Notes: generated by a model from the sequence alone, not told the origin. A stretch of DNA of 58,544 nt from an uncultured Chthonomonadaceae bacterium (GCA_963835065.1 CAWIEK010000064.1:1-58544); one strand, 5' to 3'; positions 1 through 10,835 are shown, numbered from the stretch's first letter. Translations and numbers: made by a program.

Positions 1-131
1 GCAGTAGCATCTCGGTTGTCAAAATACGGAACCTTTTTTAGTTTCTTCCGTAAAGAGGCTGTTTACGCATTTTCATGTTTCCTGCGAAGGCGGCTTTAAG
101 CCGTTTTCCCAACTCGATGAGGAGAAGACTG

Positions 132-662
132 ATGAAGACGATAGTTGGTTTGTTTGATGACTTTGCGCAGGCCAAGAACGCGGCTGTCGAGTTAGAGCGC
201 ATGGGCGTGTCGCACAACGACATCAGCGTGCTTGCCAACAATGAATCCGGCGCGCACGGCTCCAATACCGCCCCTACTGATCAAGGTATGGGACATGCCG
301 TGACCAAAGACGCGGGCGTGGGAGCCGAAATCGGCGGCGTGTTGGGCCTGCTGGCGGGCATAAGCCTCTTTGTCGTTCCGGGCCTGGGCTTTCTTGCGGG
401 AGCCGGCTGGCTGGCCGGCATGCTCACGGGCGCAGGCATCGGCGCGGTGGCCGGCGGGTTGGTGGGAGCGCTGACGCACGTAGGCGTTCCGGCGACGGAT
501 GCGGCTTACTACAACGAGGGAGTGCGGCGGGGCGGGACGCTGATAGCCGTGCGCGCCGAAGACGCGAGTGTCAGCAGCATCGCGCAGGTTCTCAGCACAC
601 ATGGCGCGGTCAACATCGAGCAGCGGGCCGCCACCTACCGCAGCGAAGGACTCGTGGTGTAG
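132..662 (+). CDS. General stress protein (YflT / low-temperature-induced-like, glycine-zipper membrane protein)
   Basis: MKTIVGLFDDFAQAKNAAVELERMG N-terminus, Gly/Ala-rich GAGIGAVAGGLVGAL zipper and the AAYYNEGVRRGGTLIAV motif. GGAG RBS precedes ATG 132. Confidence 0.75.
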   Translation: MKTIVGLFDDFAQAKNAAVELERMGVSHNDISVLANNESGAHGSNTAPTDQGMGHAVTKDAGVGAEIGGVLGLLAGISLFVVPGLGFLAGAGWLAGMLTGAGIGAVAGGLVGALTHVGVPATDAAYYNEGVRRGGTLIAVRAEDASVSSIAQVLSTHGAVNIEQRAATYRSEGLVV

Positions 663-687
663 TCCACAGGTTAAATGGGAAGCAAGC

Positions 688-728
688 ATGAGCGAATTAT
701 GAGAAACTCTCATAATTCGCTCATTTTT
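688..728. terminator. Intrinsic terminator hairpin between convergent genes
   Basis: Perfect 17-bp stem ATGAGCGAATTATGAGA / TCTCATAATTCGCTCAT with a 3-nt loop, followed by TTTT. Confidence 0.7.
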
Positions 729-831
729 AGGGTATGCTGTACTCAAACTTCATGCGCATGAAGTTTCCTTAACATTCGCCGCAGGACGCTTTTTGAGCCT
801 GCGGCTTTTTTTGCCTTCCTCCTATGTAGAT

Positions 832-2478
832 TTACAGACTCTGCGCGAGATGTTCGGCGTTGCGGAAGGCGAGGGCGAGAATGGTCAAGACGGGATTGAA
901 GCCGCCGTTGGTGACGTGCAGGCTGGCGTCCATGATGTACAGGTTGTCGTGGTCGTGGACGCGGCCCCATTTGTCTGTAACCGAAGTGAGTGGATCGTTT
1001 CCCATGCGGCAGGTTCCCGCCTGATGCTGCCCGCCGCTCAGATAAAGGGCGGGAGGAGCGCCCCAGATTTTGATTGCGCCCGCCGCTTTCAGCCATTCCA
1101 CGTTGCGATGCCACATATATTCCGCCGTTTTCAGGGTTTCCGGGTGCGCCGTTCCCGACAAATGGCAGACGGGAATGCCGTACTTGTCCACCACATCCGG
1201 CGCGACGCGAACGCGGCTTTCCGGGTTGGGAATATCCTGAATCGGGCCGTAAATCAACTGCGTCCGCTTGAAGTTGTCGCGCATCCACTGCTTGTTTGCC
1301 AATCCCCAGCGCGGCAGGTCTTTGGCGGGCGGCAGGTAGCGATACCAGTGCGTGATCGGCAGGCGAATGAAATCATCCGCCATCATGCCACCGCCGATGA
1401 TACCGGGGTTGCCGTGATTGAAGCGGCAGGTGGCAAGCGACGCGCCCGGCCCGATGCCGTCGTACACATCCGTTTCCATCAGACCACTCGCGCCGGGATA
1501 ATAGTGCCCCTGCAAGTTTCTGCCTACGATGTCATGCGCGTTGCCCAGGCCATGCGGATGCAGGCTAGTGTGTGAATTGAGCAATAAACGCGGCGTTTCC
1601 GTTCCGCCTCCCGAAACCACAACCGCTTTGGCTTGCGCGGTTTGGCGCGTAATCTGCCCGCCCTCGTCAATCAAATAGGTAACGCCCGTCACTTTGCCCT
1701 GCGCGTCCGTGTCAATCCGCTCGGCCATCGCATGCATGACGAGATCGCAATTTCCCGTTGCCAGAGCGCGGGGTATCAGCGTGTTTTGTGTGCCGTTTTT
1801 GCCGTCCGAGGGGCAATAAAAGCCCACGCAATGCTGGCAGTTGATGCACCGGTCGCGGCCATTGTAGGGTACGGAGTTGATGAGCAGGGGCAGGGGAAAC
1901 GTGTTCCATCCCAGAGCGTCCGCGCCCTTTTTCATCATGGCGCGGGAAAGCGTATCGGGCGTGGGCGGCATGGGATAGCCTTTTTTGCGCGGGGCCTGAT
2001 GCGCGTTCGCGCCCCCATCCCCGGAAACGCCGATTTCCCATTCCGCCCGCTCGTAATAAGGCTCCAAATCCTGATACGTGATCGGCCAATCCGCCAGCGA
2101 GCTTCCTTCCGGGACACCGTATTCCGTCGCCATGCGGAAATCTTGTTCCATAAAACGCCACGCCTGCGCCCCGTAAACCGCCGTGCCGCTGCCCACGCCC
2201 GCCGCGTTGTTCTGATACCCGCCCTCGTGCGGGCGCACAATGCGGACATTGTTGCGCGTATCCGTGACAACGCGCGGGTTGCCGTGTATATCCGGCCCCG
2301 CGCTGTGTCCGTACAGGGAAATGCGCTGATTGCGCAAATGGTCGCGCCCCACCGTCTGGAAGTTGAGCGGCCCGCCCCGCTCCAGCAACAGGACGCGCTT
2401 GCCGGCTTCGGCCAGTACGCCCGCCGCCACGCCGCCGCCCGCCCCCGCGCCCACAACAATTACATCGTAAGTTTGCAT
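832..2478 (-). CDS. GMC family FAD oxidoreductase (gluconate/glycoside dehydrogenase large-subunit type)
   Basis: N-terminal DVIVVGAGAGGG FAD motif, CINCQHCVGFYC Fe-S-type motif, GRNLQGH, C-terminal HQAGTCRMG and NPVLTILALA. Confidence 0.92.
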   Translation of the reverse strand: MQTYDVIVVGAGAGGGVAAGVLAEAGKRVLLLERGGPLNFQTVGRDHLRNQRISLYGHSAGPDIHGNPRVVTDTRNNVRIVRPHEGGYQNNAAGVGSGTAVYGAQAWRFMEQDFRMATEYGVPEGSSLADWPITYQDLEPYYERAEWEIGVSGDGGANAHQAPRKKGYPMPPTPDTLSRAMMKKGADALGWNTFPLPLLINSVPYNGRDRCINCQHCVGFYCPSDGKNGTQNTLIPRALATGNCDLVMHAMAERIDTDAQGKVTGVTYLIDEGGQITRQTAQAKAVVVSGGGTETPRLLLNSHTSLHPHGLGNAHDIVGRNLQGHYYPGASGLMETDVYDGIGPGASLATCRFNHGNPGIIGGGMMADDFIRLPITHWYRYLPPAKDLPRWGLANKQWMRDNFKRTQLIYGPIQDIPNPESRVRVAPDVVDKYGIPVCHLSGTAHPETLKTAEYMWHRNVEWLKAAGAIKIWGAPPALYLSGGQHQAGTCRMGNDPLTSVTDKWGRVHDHDNLYIMDASLHVTNGGFNPVLTILALAFRNAEHLAQSL

Positions 2479-2526
2479 TCCCTCTCCACTTCAAACAGAA
2501 TACGCCACCCGCTTTTATACGAATCT

Positions 2527-3109
2527 TTAGCGTTCCTGTTTGCGCCGACGGACAAGGAAACCTGCGCCACTCAGTCCCATGCCGATAAGCAGGGCAAGGC
2601 TGCCGGGTTCGGGTACGGCGGCGACGGCAGTCACGCTGATGTCGTCGAGCAGCGTATAATCGGGATCGTTGGAAACGGTAAAGCGGAGCAGCGATGCGGC
2701 GGATGTGGCCGTGACCGCGTAGCTATACTGCTCGTACCCCACATTGTCCGGTACGGTAAACGGACCGGCGAGTAAATTGCCATCGAAGTAGACGGCAAGT
2801 GAGTTGGGAGTGCCGGGAGGGATGTTAAATTCCGGCGTCTGCGCAAAAAAGGTCAGGGTGTATTGCTGTCCGCTTTGCGGTGGCAAGCATCTGGCTCACA
2901 TCGTCCACATCCGGCGCGAGCGCGCCGAACGCGGCGGCGCACAACCCGGTATGCCCGACGCCGGAATCTATAGAATAATTGCTTCCGGTCACGACCCAGC
3001 CTGTGGTATCGCCGGTCTCAAAGCCGGGATTAACAACAAGGTTTTGTGCCTGGGATGCAGAGGCTGCGCCGAGGAACAGCCCCATCAAAGCAAGGATACG
3101 GCAGCGCAT
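2527..3109 (-). CDS. PEP-CTERM sorting-domain protein with carbohydrate-binding-like beta domain (frameshift near 2880)
   Basis: Signal peptide plus NLVVNPGFETG in one frame, continuing in a second frame to VPEPGSLALLIGMGLSGAGFLVRRRK. Confidence 0.85.
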
Positions 3110-3214
3110 AGGTAAAGTCTCCTGTTTGGTAAAGAGGGTAATGAGCGGCAGAGGCTTGAAATCTACAGTGGCTTTTGGAGCCATCATCCCCTCAAGCCTT
3201 TGCCGCGCAGTAGG

Positions 3215-4749
3215 TCAGCGTGGGAATTGGGCGTCCATTGCGCTGCGCAGGGTGGCTCGGCTGAGTACGCCGGTCCGGCACAGGATCTGCCCGGTAGGAA
3301 AAGTACGACCCCTCCAGTATCATGCGCAATACTCTGCTGCCGTCAGGGGCCAGTTCGGTTATAACGGGATTTCCGCCCCATGACATAACCCAGTTGCCGC
3401 CCGGCAGTTTGCGCGCGCTGCCGCAACAGGCGGAAGCGGGTACATCCGCATCCGTTACCTGCTCGACTAATGTGGCTGTCCCGGCAGCCGGGTCGAGGCT
3501 GTAGCGGACAGCGCGTGGAGCGCGCCCCAGCAGAGTGCCATTGTCATAAAGAGTAAGCGTGCCATCCGGGAGTATGCGCGCGTCGTGCTGACCGCTAAAG
3601 TTGCCGTAGGTATCCCCGACAAACGCCAGGCTTTCCGGGCGGGCAGAACCGCCGAGTTTCCACACAATGTTGCCGCTGGCCTTGTCAATGCGAATAATCG
3701 CGTTAATATGACGCATCGAGACGATGAAGCCGTCGCCGTCCGGCTCGACTGAATTCATGTGGTACGGGTCTGTGAGATCGGGGGTCGTGAGGTACGGATT
3801 CCACCATTGCGGACCGGTTTCCGACACAGGGATATGATCCATTACCGACCAATGCCAGACGAGCGAGCCATCCGGCGTAAATTCCTCGATCAACTGGTCA
3901 CGGACCGTAGCCGTTGCGGAGCCTCCATAAGCCTCGGAGGTCCACCGGCCCGCGATTAACATTTACAATGTAGACATAATCCCCGTTCGGAAGCAGCAGC
4001 AGTTCATGATTGTCCATTGTGCCCCCGCTCTCGGTGTCGGCGGTAAAGGTATGTACGAGGGAGCCATCGAGCCTCCGCTCCTCGCCGATGGGGGGAATGG
4101 TCCAGGCCATATTGCCGTTCGATAAGAGCTTGGCGTCATTGGGCACGCCGGCGCTGCGGTACCACCACAGTGGAACGCCGTAGTTATCGGCAAGAATGAC
4201 ATAGTTTTGTGGCGGCACGGGCGTCAAAGACAGGTTTGGCGCGATAACGTAATACGCAGACTGCGGCGTTTCGGGGCGCTCCGTCGTCCAGGTGGGGAAG
4301 TCAGCCGGCACACAGCGGACATAGTATGTCTGGGAACCCTGCAGGGAATTTACCACAAACGAGAAACTCTGTCCGGGGTTAAGGCTGACTTGCGTCGTGA
4401 ACACAAGCTTACGGAACGGCTGGCCGTCAATGGCAACTTTCGTGTTTCTGGGAGCGTTCACCGCAATCTCTATGGGCGTATCGGCTTTGTACGAGACTAC
4501 ATAGTCGCTGATGTTGGGATTAAAGGGCGGGGAAAGCGTTGGGGACATCGTGATCTGAAGCCCCCCCGCGGCCTGAAGCGGCGGCGTTTCTTCCTGCGGT
4601 GACGGCATGGAGGGACGCTGGGCGGGCGCGGCCAGTAACGCCATAGCGCAGGCGAGAATCACGCCTCCCATGAGATGCCGTACACGGGCAAGGAAGGGCT
4701 GGTGTTGAGGATACTTGCGGGACCTGGTCGGCTGGTGGTGCTGAGACAT
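3215..4749 (-). CDS. Secreted arylsulfotransferase (ASST)-like beta-propeller protein (frameshifts near 3930 and 3275)
   Basis: DNHELLLLPNG, DPYHMNSVEPDGD, FSGQHDARIL, LYDNG and FSYRA motifs. ORFs 3898..4749 and 3192..3962 join into one gene. Confidence 0.75.
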
Positions 4750-5258
4750 TGGCAGTTTTTCCTTTCGATATTACGGCCTATCCGGGAAGTTCGCCCCATT
4801 AGGGTGTTCATCTCCGGGGTAGTAAACCTGAAGCGATCTCGCTGCCACACGAAACGTAATGGCATCGGTATCAATTCAGAGGTAATCGAAACAGAGGGAA
4901 TGTCCTGCGTGGGATTTCTGTTCCGCATTCGCCTTTAAGCGAAGCTTACAAGCACCCTTCTCTATGAAATTATAACAACGTGAGGGAGGGTGAAGCGCCC
5001 ATTGAGCAGTCTGGTGGTTTTAGCCTGCCCGTCTGCGACTGGCAACGTTTGATAGCCAATCGGATTTATGACGCTCCGTAAAGCTGGAAGTTCTAAATTG
5101 CGTGTGATTTAGAACACTATTTTTCACATACCTAAATACCTTATTGTGGTTTTACCTGTCAAGGCAAATGCCCGCTTAGTTCAACCGGTTCAAGATATTA
5201 GACAAAATGGAGCGTGAATTGTTTACTTGAGACGCGCTAAACGTGGCTGTTGGCTAAT

Positions 5259-5669
5259 TTAGCCTGTGACGATGAAGCCGATCATGTCCCACGAGGCGCG
5301 GTTGAGGTTGCTGCCCTGGCCCGGATCGCCGTAGTAGCCTTCCGCCGTGTGCGCGACCATCAGGGACAGAAACGCGGCAGGCGCCACAGGCCAGGGAGCC
5401 TGCGCGTCGCCGTTTTCGATTGCGGTGAACAGGTCGGCGCGCTGCGCGGGAAGGAGGGATGCGAACGCCTGCCCGTATACCGTATGCGCTTCCCGATCCA
5501 GCGCGTCCAATCCCAATTGGTATTCCTGCGCCAAATGCGCCAGATCGCCGTTGAACTGGCGCAGGAGATAATCGCCTGTGCCGTTGTCCCACGCGCCGGG
5601 GTACTCGTCCGGCGGGATGAGGGTATCCATCGCCGCCCGCAGGGTTTGCAGTTGCGTTTCCGTCAGCAT
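5259..5669 (-). CDS. Gluconate 2-dehydrogenase subunit 3 family protein
   Basis: LRAAMDTLIPPDEYPGA...GLDALD...EGYYGDPGQGSN...SWDMIGF. GGAGG RBS upstream of ATG 5669. Confidence 0.88.
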   Translation of the reverse strand: MLTETQLQTLRAAMDTLIPPDEYPGAWDNGTGDYLLRQFNGDLAHLAQEYQLGLDALDREAHTVYGQAFASLLPAQRADLFTAIENGDAQAPWPVAPAAFLSLMVAHTAEGYYGDPGQGSNLNRASWDMIGFIVTG

Positions 5670-5751
5670 ATTTCCTCCATATGCAGTATCAAATAGTATC
5701 AAACGATTCCCTTCTCCCAAGTTTGGGAGAAGGGGCCAGGGGATGAGGGCG

Positions 5752-7110
5752 CTACCGCAGCGAATCCGACGCGCCGGCAGACGTGGTAGGCATGGATTTG
5801 GCCGGAGCCATTTCCGAGACGCGGATGTTGCGGAAGGACAAGTCGGTTGTCGGATCGTGCCCCTGCAGGCCGAAGCATCCGGCATCAGTGCGAATGCCGT
5901 TGCGGGCGTTGTTGTCCTTTGTGGCGGGGCGCGTGTCCGTGAAATCGGCCACCAGATAGCCGTTGACATAGGAACTGATGTGGTTGCCGCTCACGAACAG
6001 CGTCATGGTAAACCATTCACGGTCCGATGACACCACTTTGCGCGCGGGAACACGATTGTACACGCCGCCCGTGCCATAATCTACGGCTTTGGTGCGGTCT
6101 TCGCCCTGCCACTGGTTGCGTATCTGATCCTCATAGCCCGCCCAGAATTCGCCGGGAATTTCGCGGAAGAACACGCCGCTGTTAAGATGGTCGCCGTTGG
6201 AATACACATCGAGGGACAGCGCGAAATCTTTGTACATGCCTTCGGATTGAAGTTCGCCGTTGCCGTTCTTGACGTTGATCGTGCCGTCCTGGGTTACGCT
6301 GAACACAGATTTGTGGCCCTGCACTTCTTTCCAGCCGGTCAGGTCTTTGCCGTTGAACAGGCTCTTGAAACCCACAGGCCGCAGTTTCAGGTTGCGAAAT
6401 TTCACTGTTCCCCGGCCATTGGACGCCAGCGCAATCACGCCCCGGCGCGGCGCGATGTTGGCTTCGATGCGCTTGCCGTTGCTGTCCGGCAGATGCGTCA
6501 TTTTGCCGCCTTCCAGGGTCACGGCGAAGGGACGCCACTTGCCCTGCGGAACCATGTAGGTATCCGATTTGGCGGCAGTCCGTCCGGCAGGCAGGAATTT
6601 GATCTGCACGGCGTTTCGCGCGGTAATGCCGCCTTCGGTTGGGGCGCGCAGACTGAGCGTGGCCGCGCCCTGACCCTCCAGCCAGCACTCCCCGGCCATC
6701 TCAAAATCGCCGAACTCGGCTTTGGTGGCAAGGGGCGTGGCGCTGTTTTTCACTTGCAGCGCCGCCTGGTCAATGCTCCAGTTTTTGGGCGTGTCCGCGC
6801 TGTCGGTTGGCGCGGCAGTTCCGCTCCCCGTCGCCGCGTTTCCACCGGCAGGCGTGTTACCGCCACTCGCTGGCTTCATGCTGCTGCCGGTTGGCTTTAT
6901 GTTGCTTCCGCGCTCCTGCCAGCCATACGTGGTTTCGCCATCGAACAAGCGCACCCACGCGGCTTCAAACTCATCGCGGGAAAGCGGGCCGCGATAGCCG
7001 TTTGGCCCCGGCGTATCGGACTGTTGCGCGCGAAGGGGCGCAACGCCGCTTGCGCCCAGTGTCAGCGTCAGCGCCAACGCGCCAAAGGCTGCAAATCGTG
7101 TAAACTGCAT
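5752..7110 (-). CDS. Secreted tandem DUF1080 (3-keto-disaccharide hydrolase) protein
   Basis: Signal peptide and two domains starting WVRLFDGETTYGW and FKSLFNGKDLTGW; also NSGVFFR, GLQGHD and FRNIRV. Confidence 0.88.
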   Translation of the reverse strand: MQFTRFAAFGALALTLTLGASGVAPLRAQQSDTPGPNGYRGPLSRDEFEAAWVRLFDGETTYGWQERGSNIKPTGSSMKPASGGNTPAGGNAATGSGTAAPTDSADTPKNWSIDQAALQVKNSATPLATKAEFGDFEMAGECWLEGQGAATLSLRAPTEGGITARNAVQIKFLPAGRTAAKSDTYMVPQGKWRPFAVTLEGGKMTHLPDSNGKRIEANIAPRRGVIALASNGRGTVKFRNLKLRPVGFKSLFNGKDLTGWKEVQGHKSVFSVTQDGTINVKNGNGELQSEGMYKDFALSLDVYSNGDHLNSGVFFREIPGEFWAGYEDQIRNQWQGEDRTKAVDYGTGGVYNRVPARKVVSSDREWFTMTLFVSGNHISSYVNGYLVADFTDTRPATKDNNARNGIRTDAGCFGLQGHDPTTDLSFRNIRVSEMAPAKSMPTTSAGASDSLR

Positions 7111-7479
7111 CGGTCACTCCTGCTTGATTTCAATGATGGTGTCGCTGCGGAAACATTCATTTCCGCAGTCCTGTATTCCTGCGTGGCTTCTCAGATGCGA
7201 CGTGACGCGCCCTGATTTTGTTCGCTGTAGATACGTTTTTAACTCGTTGCGAAGGTAACAGACTGTACTACCATTATCCCGAAAATTGGCAGCCAGGTTT
7301 CTCAGAGGGACATGGGTTCGTAGGGGAGTGCCAGGCGCATGGACGAGGCGGCAAGCGGCGTGGAAGTGGGCGGCGTGGGCGGCTTGTCACGCGGCTTCTT
7401 GCCCGTCTGGCCGGCTTTGTCCTGCCGCGCCTGCACAGGGAGGACTCAGATGCTCTCTCCAACACACTGCCAGATTGTC

Positions 7480-7523
7480 AAAAACAAGGCTCCTGCAAAA
7501 GTTAGATTTTGCAGGAGCCTTGT
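7480..7523 (-). terminator. Intrinsic terminator downstream of the ECF sigma gene
   Basis: 17-bp stem ACAAGGCTCCTGCAAAA / TTTTGCAGGAGCCTTGT with a T-tract on the minus strand. Confidence 0.7.
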
Positions 7524-7569
7524 CTTTCAGAAGGAAGCATCGCCTGATGCCTGATGCCTATATGCCTTC

Positions 7570-8262
7570 TCACACCGCCATGAAGGTGTCCTGGTACGGA
7601 GCCAGGCGTTCGCGCAGCATGGTGCGGGCGCGGTTCAGGCGGGATTTGACGGTTCCGATGGACAGGCCCGTCGCTTCGGCGATTTCCTCGTAGGATTTGC
7701 CTTCGGTGTGGTACATGCGCAGCACCTGGCGCTGGTATGCGGGCAGGTGGTGAATGGCTTTCGCCAGCAGTTGCGCCGTTTCGTTGTCCATGCACAGGGC
7801 TTCGGGCGAAGGCGCGGGGTCCATGATGTCGCGTCCCGCCGTCGGTTCGTTGTCGCCGGTGGGGCTGGCGTCGAGGCTCAGGTGGCCGCGATGCGCGGGG
7901 CGGACGCACAGGTCGAGATAGGTGTTGCGCACGATGCGGAACAGCCAAGACGTGAAACTGGCTTCGTTGCGGAAGGTGTGCAGGTTCTGGTACAGGCGGA
8001 GGAACACTTGACCGGCAATGTCGCCGGCTTCCTCGTGGTTGCGGCACAAGGAGTACGCGAACTTGTAAACGGACTTCTCGTAGCGGCGGAGAAGGGCGTC
8101 CCACGCGGCGGTATCGCCGGATTTGCAGCGCTCCAGCAAAACGGCTTCGGCAATCGAGTCGGAACTGGAAGCGGCGGTGGGGCGCGTGGCGTTCGCGCTT
8201 GCATGGGTCTGGATCATCGGGTTCATGTTGGCTCTCCTGGACTTTGGCGGAAGCGTTTCCAT
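7570..8262 (-). CDS. ECF-type sigma-70 RNA polymerase sigma factor
   Basis: Region 2 (DIAGQVFLRLY...FTSWLFRIVRN) and region 4 (SYEEIAEATGLSIGTVKSRLNRAR). Start could be 8226. Confidence 0.93.
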   Translation of the reverse strand: METLPPKSRRANMNPMIQTHASANATRPTAASSSDSIAEAVLLERCKSGDTAAWDALLRRYEKSVYKFAYSLCRNHEEAGDIAGQVFLRLYQNLHTFRNEASFTSWLFRIVRNTYLDLCVRPAHRGHLSLDASPTGDNEPTAGRDIMDPAPSPEALCMDNETAQLLAKAIHHLPAYQRQVLRMYHTEGKSYEEIAEATGLSIGTVKSRLNRARTMLRERLAPYQDTFMAV

Positions 8263-8704
8263 CGTTGGTTGGACGAGTGGGAAATGGGCTTGTCAATGTG
8301 TGTGTAACAACGGTACTACCGCAGACAAACACGGCCTGCCTGGAGCGACGAACAATGCCGCGCCATCACACGAAACAGGGTTGCAAACGAATTGCAACGT
8401 GGGCGGATGCCCTGGGGCTACGTTCAACAGCGGAAAAATGGCGGAACCTAAAAACAAAAACGCGACTCTGTAACCTGTAAGATTGATCCATCCGAATCAG
8501 GCAAGCAGCCCAATCCATTGTGAAAAACCATTATCAGAACAAAGACGCGCGTGGCCGATGCTACAGCGACACTCATTGCCGCTATCCATCTTATGAAGTT
8601 GTGCCGTTATTCAATTCACCTCATCTATCTAACTTTCTCATTCTACCATGCCCGCCCGCCAATTGTCAAGCCCGCTCGCAAAAATTTTTTCGTCCGCTAT
8701 AGTA

Positions 8705-8735
8705 CGCGGCGGCACGAATTTTTCATGCCGCCGCG
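8705..8735 (-). terminator. GC-rich hairpin downstream of the transglutaminase gene
   Basis: CGCGGCGGCA / TGCCGCCGCG stem; U-tract is weak. Confidence 0.4.
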
Positions 8736-8788
8736 CCCTTGAATTGGATAAAGGTCAAAAGGCCATCTGCGTAAACGCGCAACGCCGA

Positions 8789-9646
8789 TTATATTTGCGC
8801 CCGCCAGACTTGCCCCGGAACGCGCGGACCTAATTCCACCGCCTGCGCCTGATCGGACCAGACTTCGAACCGGGTCAGGGGGGCCGAACCGAAGGAAGTT
8901 GTCAGGGCGCAGTCCGCTGCATCCCGGCCTGTCGCCATCAGCACATGCCCGATGCGCGGCACGTTGAAGCGCGCGTCCCATGTCCACCACTGCCCGCCCA
9001 GATACGCCTCGAACCACGCGCTGAAATCCATCGGGCCGGGAACAGGCTCCACGCCGTGATCGCCCAACCAACCCGTCGCGTACCTGGCGGGAATATTCAT
9101 GCACCGGCAAAACGTGATGGCGAGATGCTGGAAATCCCGGCACACGCCCTTGCCCGTTTCGTACACGTCCCATGCGGTTTTGGTGTGGTGCGCGTGCTGG
9201 TAGCCGAACGTGACATGGTTATGCACCCAATCGCAAATCGCCTGCGCCTTGCCCCACCCCGGCGGAACCTGCCCGAACAGTTTCCACGCGATATCGCTGA
9301 GTTTGTCCACCTCGCAATAACGGCTCGGCAGCAGGAACTGCAGGCACTCGTCTGGCAAATCTTCCACCCGATGCTGAACGGCGTCCGGCACGACGGGAGA
9401 CGGCAAGCCATCGTCCTCCACAATCATATCGCCCGTCAGCGTGAATTTGCCCGCCGGGGCGTTGATACGCGCGCAGCGATTGCCGAAACTGTCCGTAAAA
9501 TCGTGGATGGGCGCGTCCGGCGTGGCGTGAATGGTATCCGGCAGCCGCAGCAGGGGCGCGGCGGACGGATGCGCGTACAGCAGTGCCATCATGGGAATCG
9601 GAGCCGGCAAATCAAACCCAATATCATAGCCAACGCGAATCAACAT
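8789..9646 (-). CDS. Transglutaminase-like family protein
   Basis: GVCRDFQHL catalytic Cys motif, FLLPSRYC, DFSAWFEAYL and GRDAAD. Confidence 0.92.
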   Translation of the reverse strand: MLIRVGYDIGFDLPAPIPMMALLYAHPSAAPLLRLPDTIHATPDAPIHDFTDSFGNRCARINAPAGKFTLTGDMIVEDDGLPSPVVPDAVQHRVEDLPDECLQFLLPSRYCEVDKLSDIAWKLFGQVPPGWGKAQAICDWVHNHVTFGYQHAHHTKTAWDVYETGKGVCRDFQHLAITFCRCMNIPARYATGWLGDHGVEPVPGPMDFSAWFEAYLGGQWWTWDARFNVPRIGHVLMATGRDAADCALTTSFGSAPLTRFEVWSDQAQAVELGPRVPGQVWRAQI

Positions 9647-9963
9647 TCTTTTCTTCTCCTCGTCCTCGTTCGATCTGGTTCAATTCTATAGGCATTGTCT
9701 TTTCTAGTACACTATGGCGTAAGTCTTCCCGTTCAACCGGTATATACCATCTAAATCTCTTTACCGGTTGTTAGGCCTTCGGCCAATCGTCCTGCGGACG
9801 GAAACACTTGCGGCGTAGATACGCCGCAGTATACTAGAAAAGGCAACACCCCTTCCAATGAGTGTTTCACCCCTTTTTCGGGCTGCGTCGCGCAAATTGC
9901 AGGTTATTGCCCCTTCGACGTTGAATACACCGTGTAGTTCGACTTTGATTCTACCATTAAGGA

Positions 9964-10091
9964 GAGGGAAAAGGGAAAAGGGAAAAGGGAAAAGTAGATG
10001 CAATCCTCATCTAATCTGTTTTGATCTTCAACAGGCAAACTAAGGAAGCAAGCGGCATTTACTTTTCCCTTTTCCCTTTTCCCTTTTCCCT
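9964..10091. repeat. Inverted pair of (AGGGAAA)n / (TTTCCCT)n heptamer arrays
   Basis: About 4 units per arm, ending about 10 nt before the Anbu start codon. Confidence 0.85.
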
Positions 10092-10100
10092 GCAAACCGC

Positions 10101-10835
10101 ATGACCTACTGTTTGGGAATTAAAACACACTCCGGGCTGGTGATGGCTTCGGATTCGCGCACCAACGCGGGCTACGACCAGGTGAACACCACCCGCAAGA
10201 TGCACCTGTTTTTGACGCCGGGGGAGCGCGTGTTTATCGTGCTGGTCAGCGGCAGCCTGTCGCTGTCGCAGTCTGTTATCGCCCTGCTGCAAAAAGATTA
10301 TGACCGGGGCGAAGGATTGGCCGCCGTCGGGTCTATGTACGACGCCGCCCGTGAAATCGGCAATCAGGTGCGCCGGGTCAGCGATCTGGATCGGGCGGCT
10401 CTGGAGCGCGACGATTTTCGCTTCAACGTCAATATGCTGCTTGGCGGGCAAATCAAAAACCAGAAGCACGACCTGTTTATGGTTTATCCGCAGGGCAATC
10501 CGCTCAACGCGACGGAAGACTCGCCGTACCTGCAAATCGGCGAAGTGAAATACGGGCGTCCCATTCTGGATCGGGGTATCGCATACGACCGCACGAGCGT
10601 AGAGGAAGCCGCCAAGTACGCCCTGCTGTCGCTCGATTCAACGATGCGCTCCAATGTCACCGTCGGCCCACCCATTGACCTGCTGATTTACGCGGACGGC
10701 GAACTCGATATTACCCGGCAGCGCCGCTTCACCGACAACGACCCCGACCTGCGCGGCATCCGCCACCAATGGGACCAAACCCTGCGCAAAGGCGTCAGCG
10801 ACCTGCCGCCTATCCGCTTTTGGACAGACCCGTAG
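10101..10835 (+). CDS. Proteasome-type protease (Anbu, Ntn hydrolase)
   Basis: MTYCLGI...SDSRTNAG...RKMH N-terminal Thr nucleophile; YPQGN, QIGEVKYGRPILDR and STMRSNVTVGPP. Confidence 0.92.
   Translation: MTYCLGIKTHSGLVMASDSRTNAGYDQVNTTRKMHLFLTPGERVFIVLVSGSLSLSQSVIALLQKDYDRGEGLAAVGSMYDAAREIGNQVRRVSDLDRAALERDDFRFNVNMLLGGQIKNQKHDLFMVYPQGNPLNATEDSPYLQIGEVKYGRPILDRGIAYDRTSVEEAAKYALLSLDSTMRSNVTVGPPIDLLIYADGELDITRQRRFTDNDPDLRGIRHQWDQTLRKGVSDLPPIRFWTDP

Noticed and set aside
793..2775. Long antisense ORFs (793..1575, 1633..2775; similarly 6187..7215, 13251..14744, 41448..42764)
   Set aside because: Shadow ORFs opposite well-supported genes in GC-rich DNA, with no recognisable motifs.
4940..5240. 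Riboswitch in the AT-rich gap upstream of the ASST-like gene
   Set aside because: No recognisable c-di-GMP or other aptamer consensus found.
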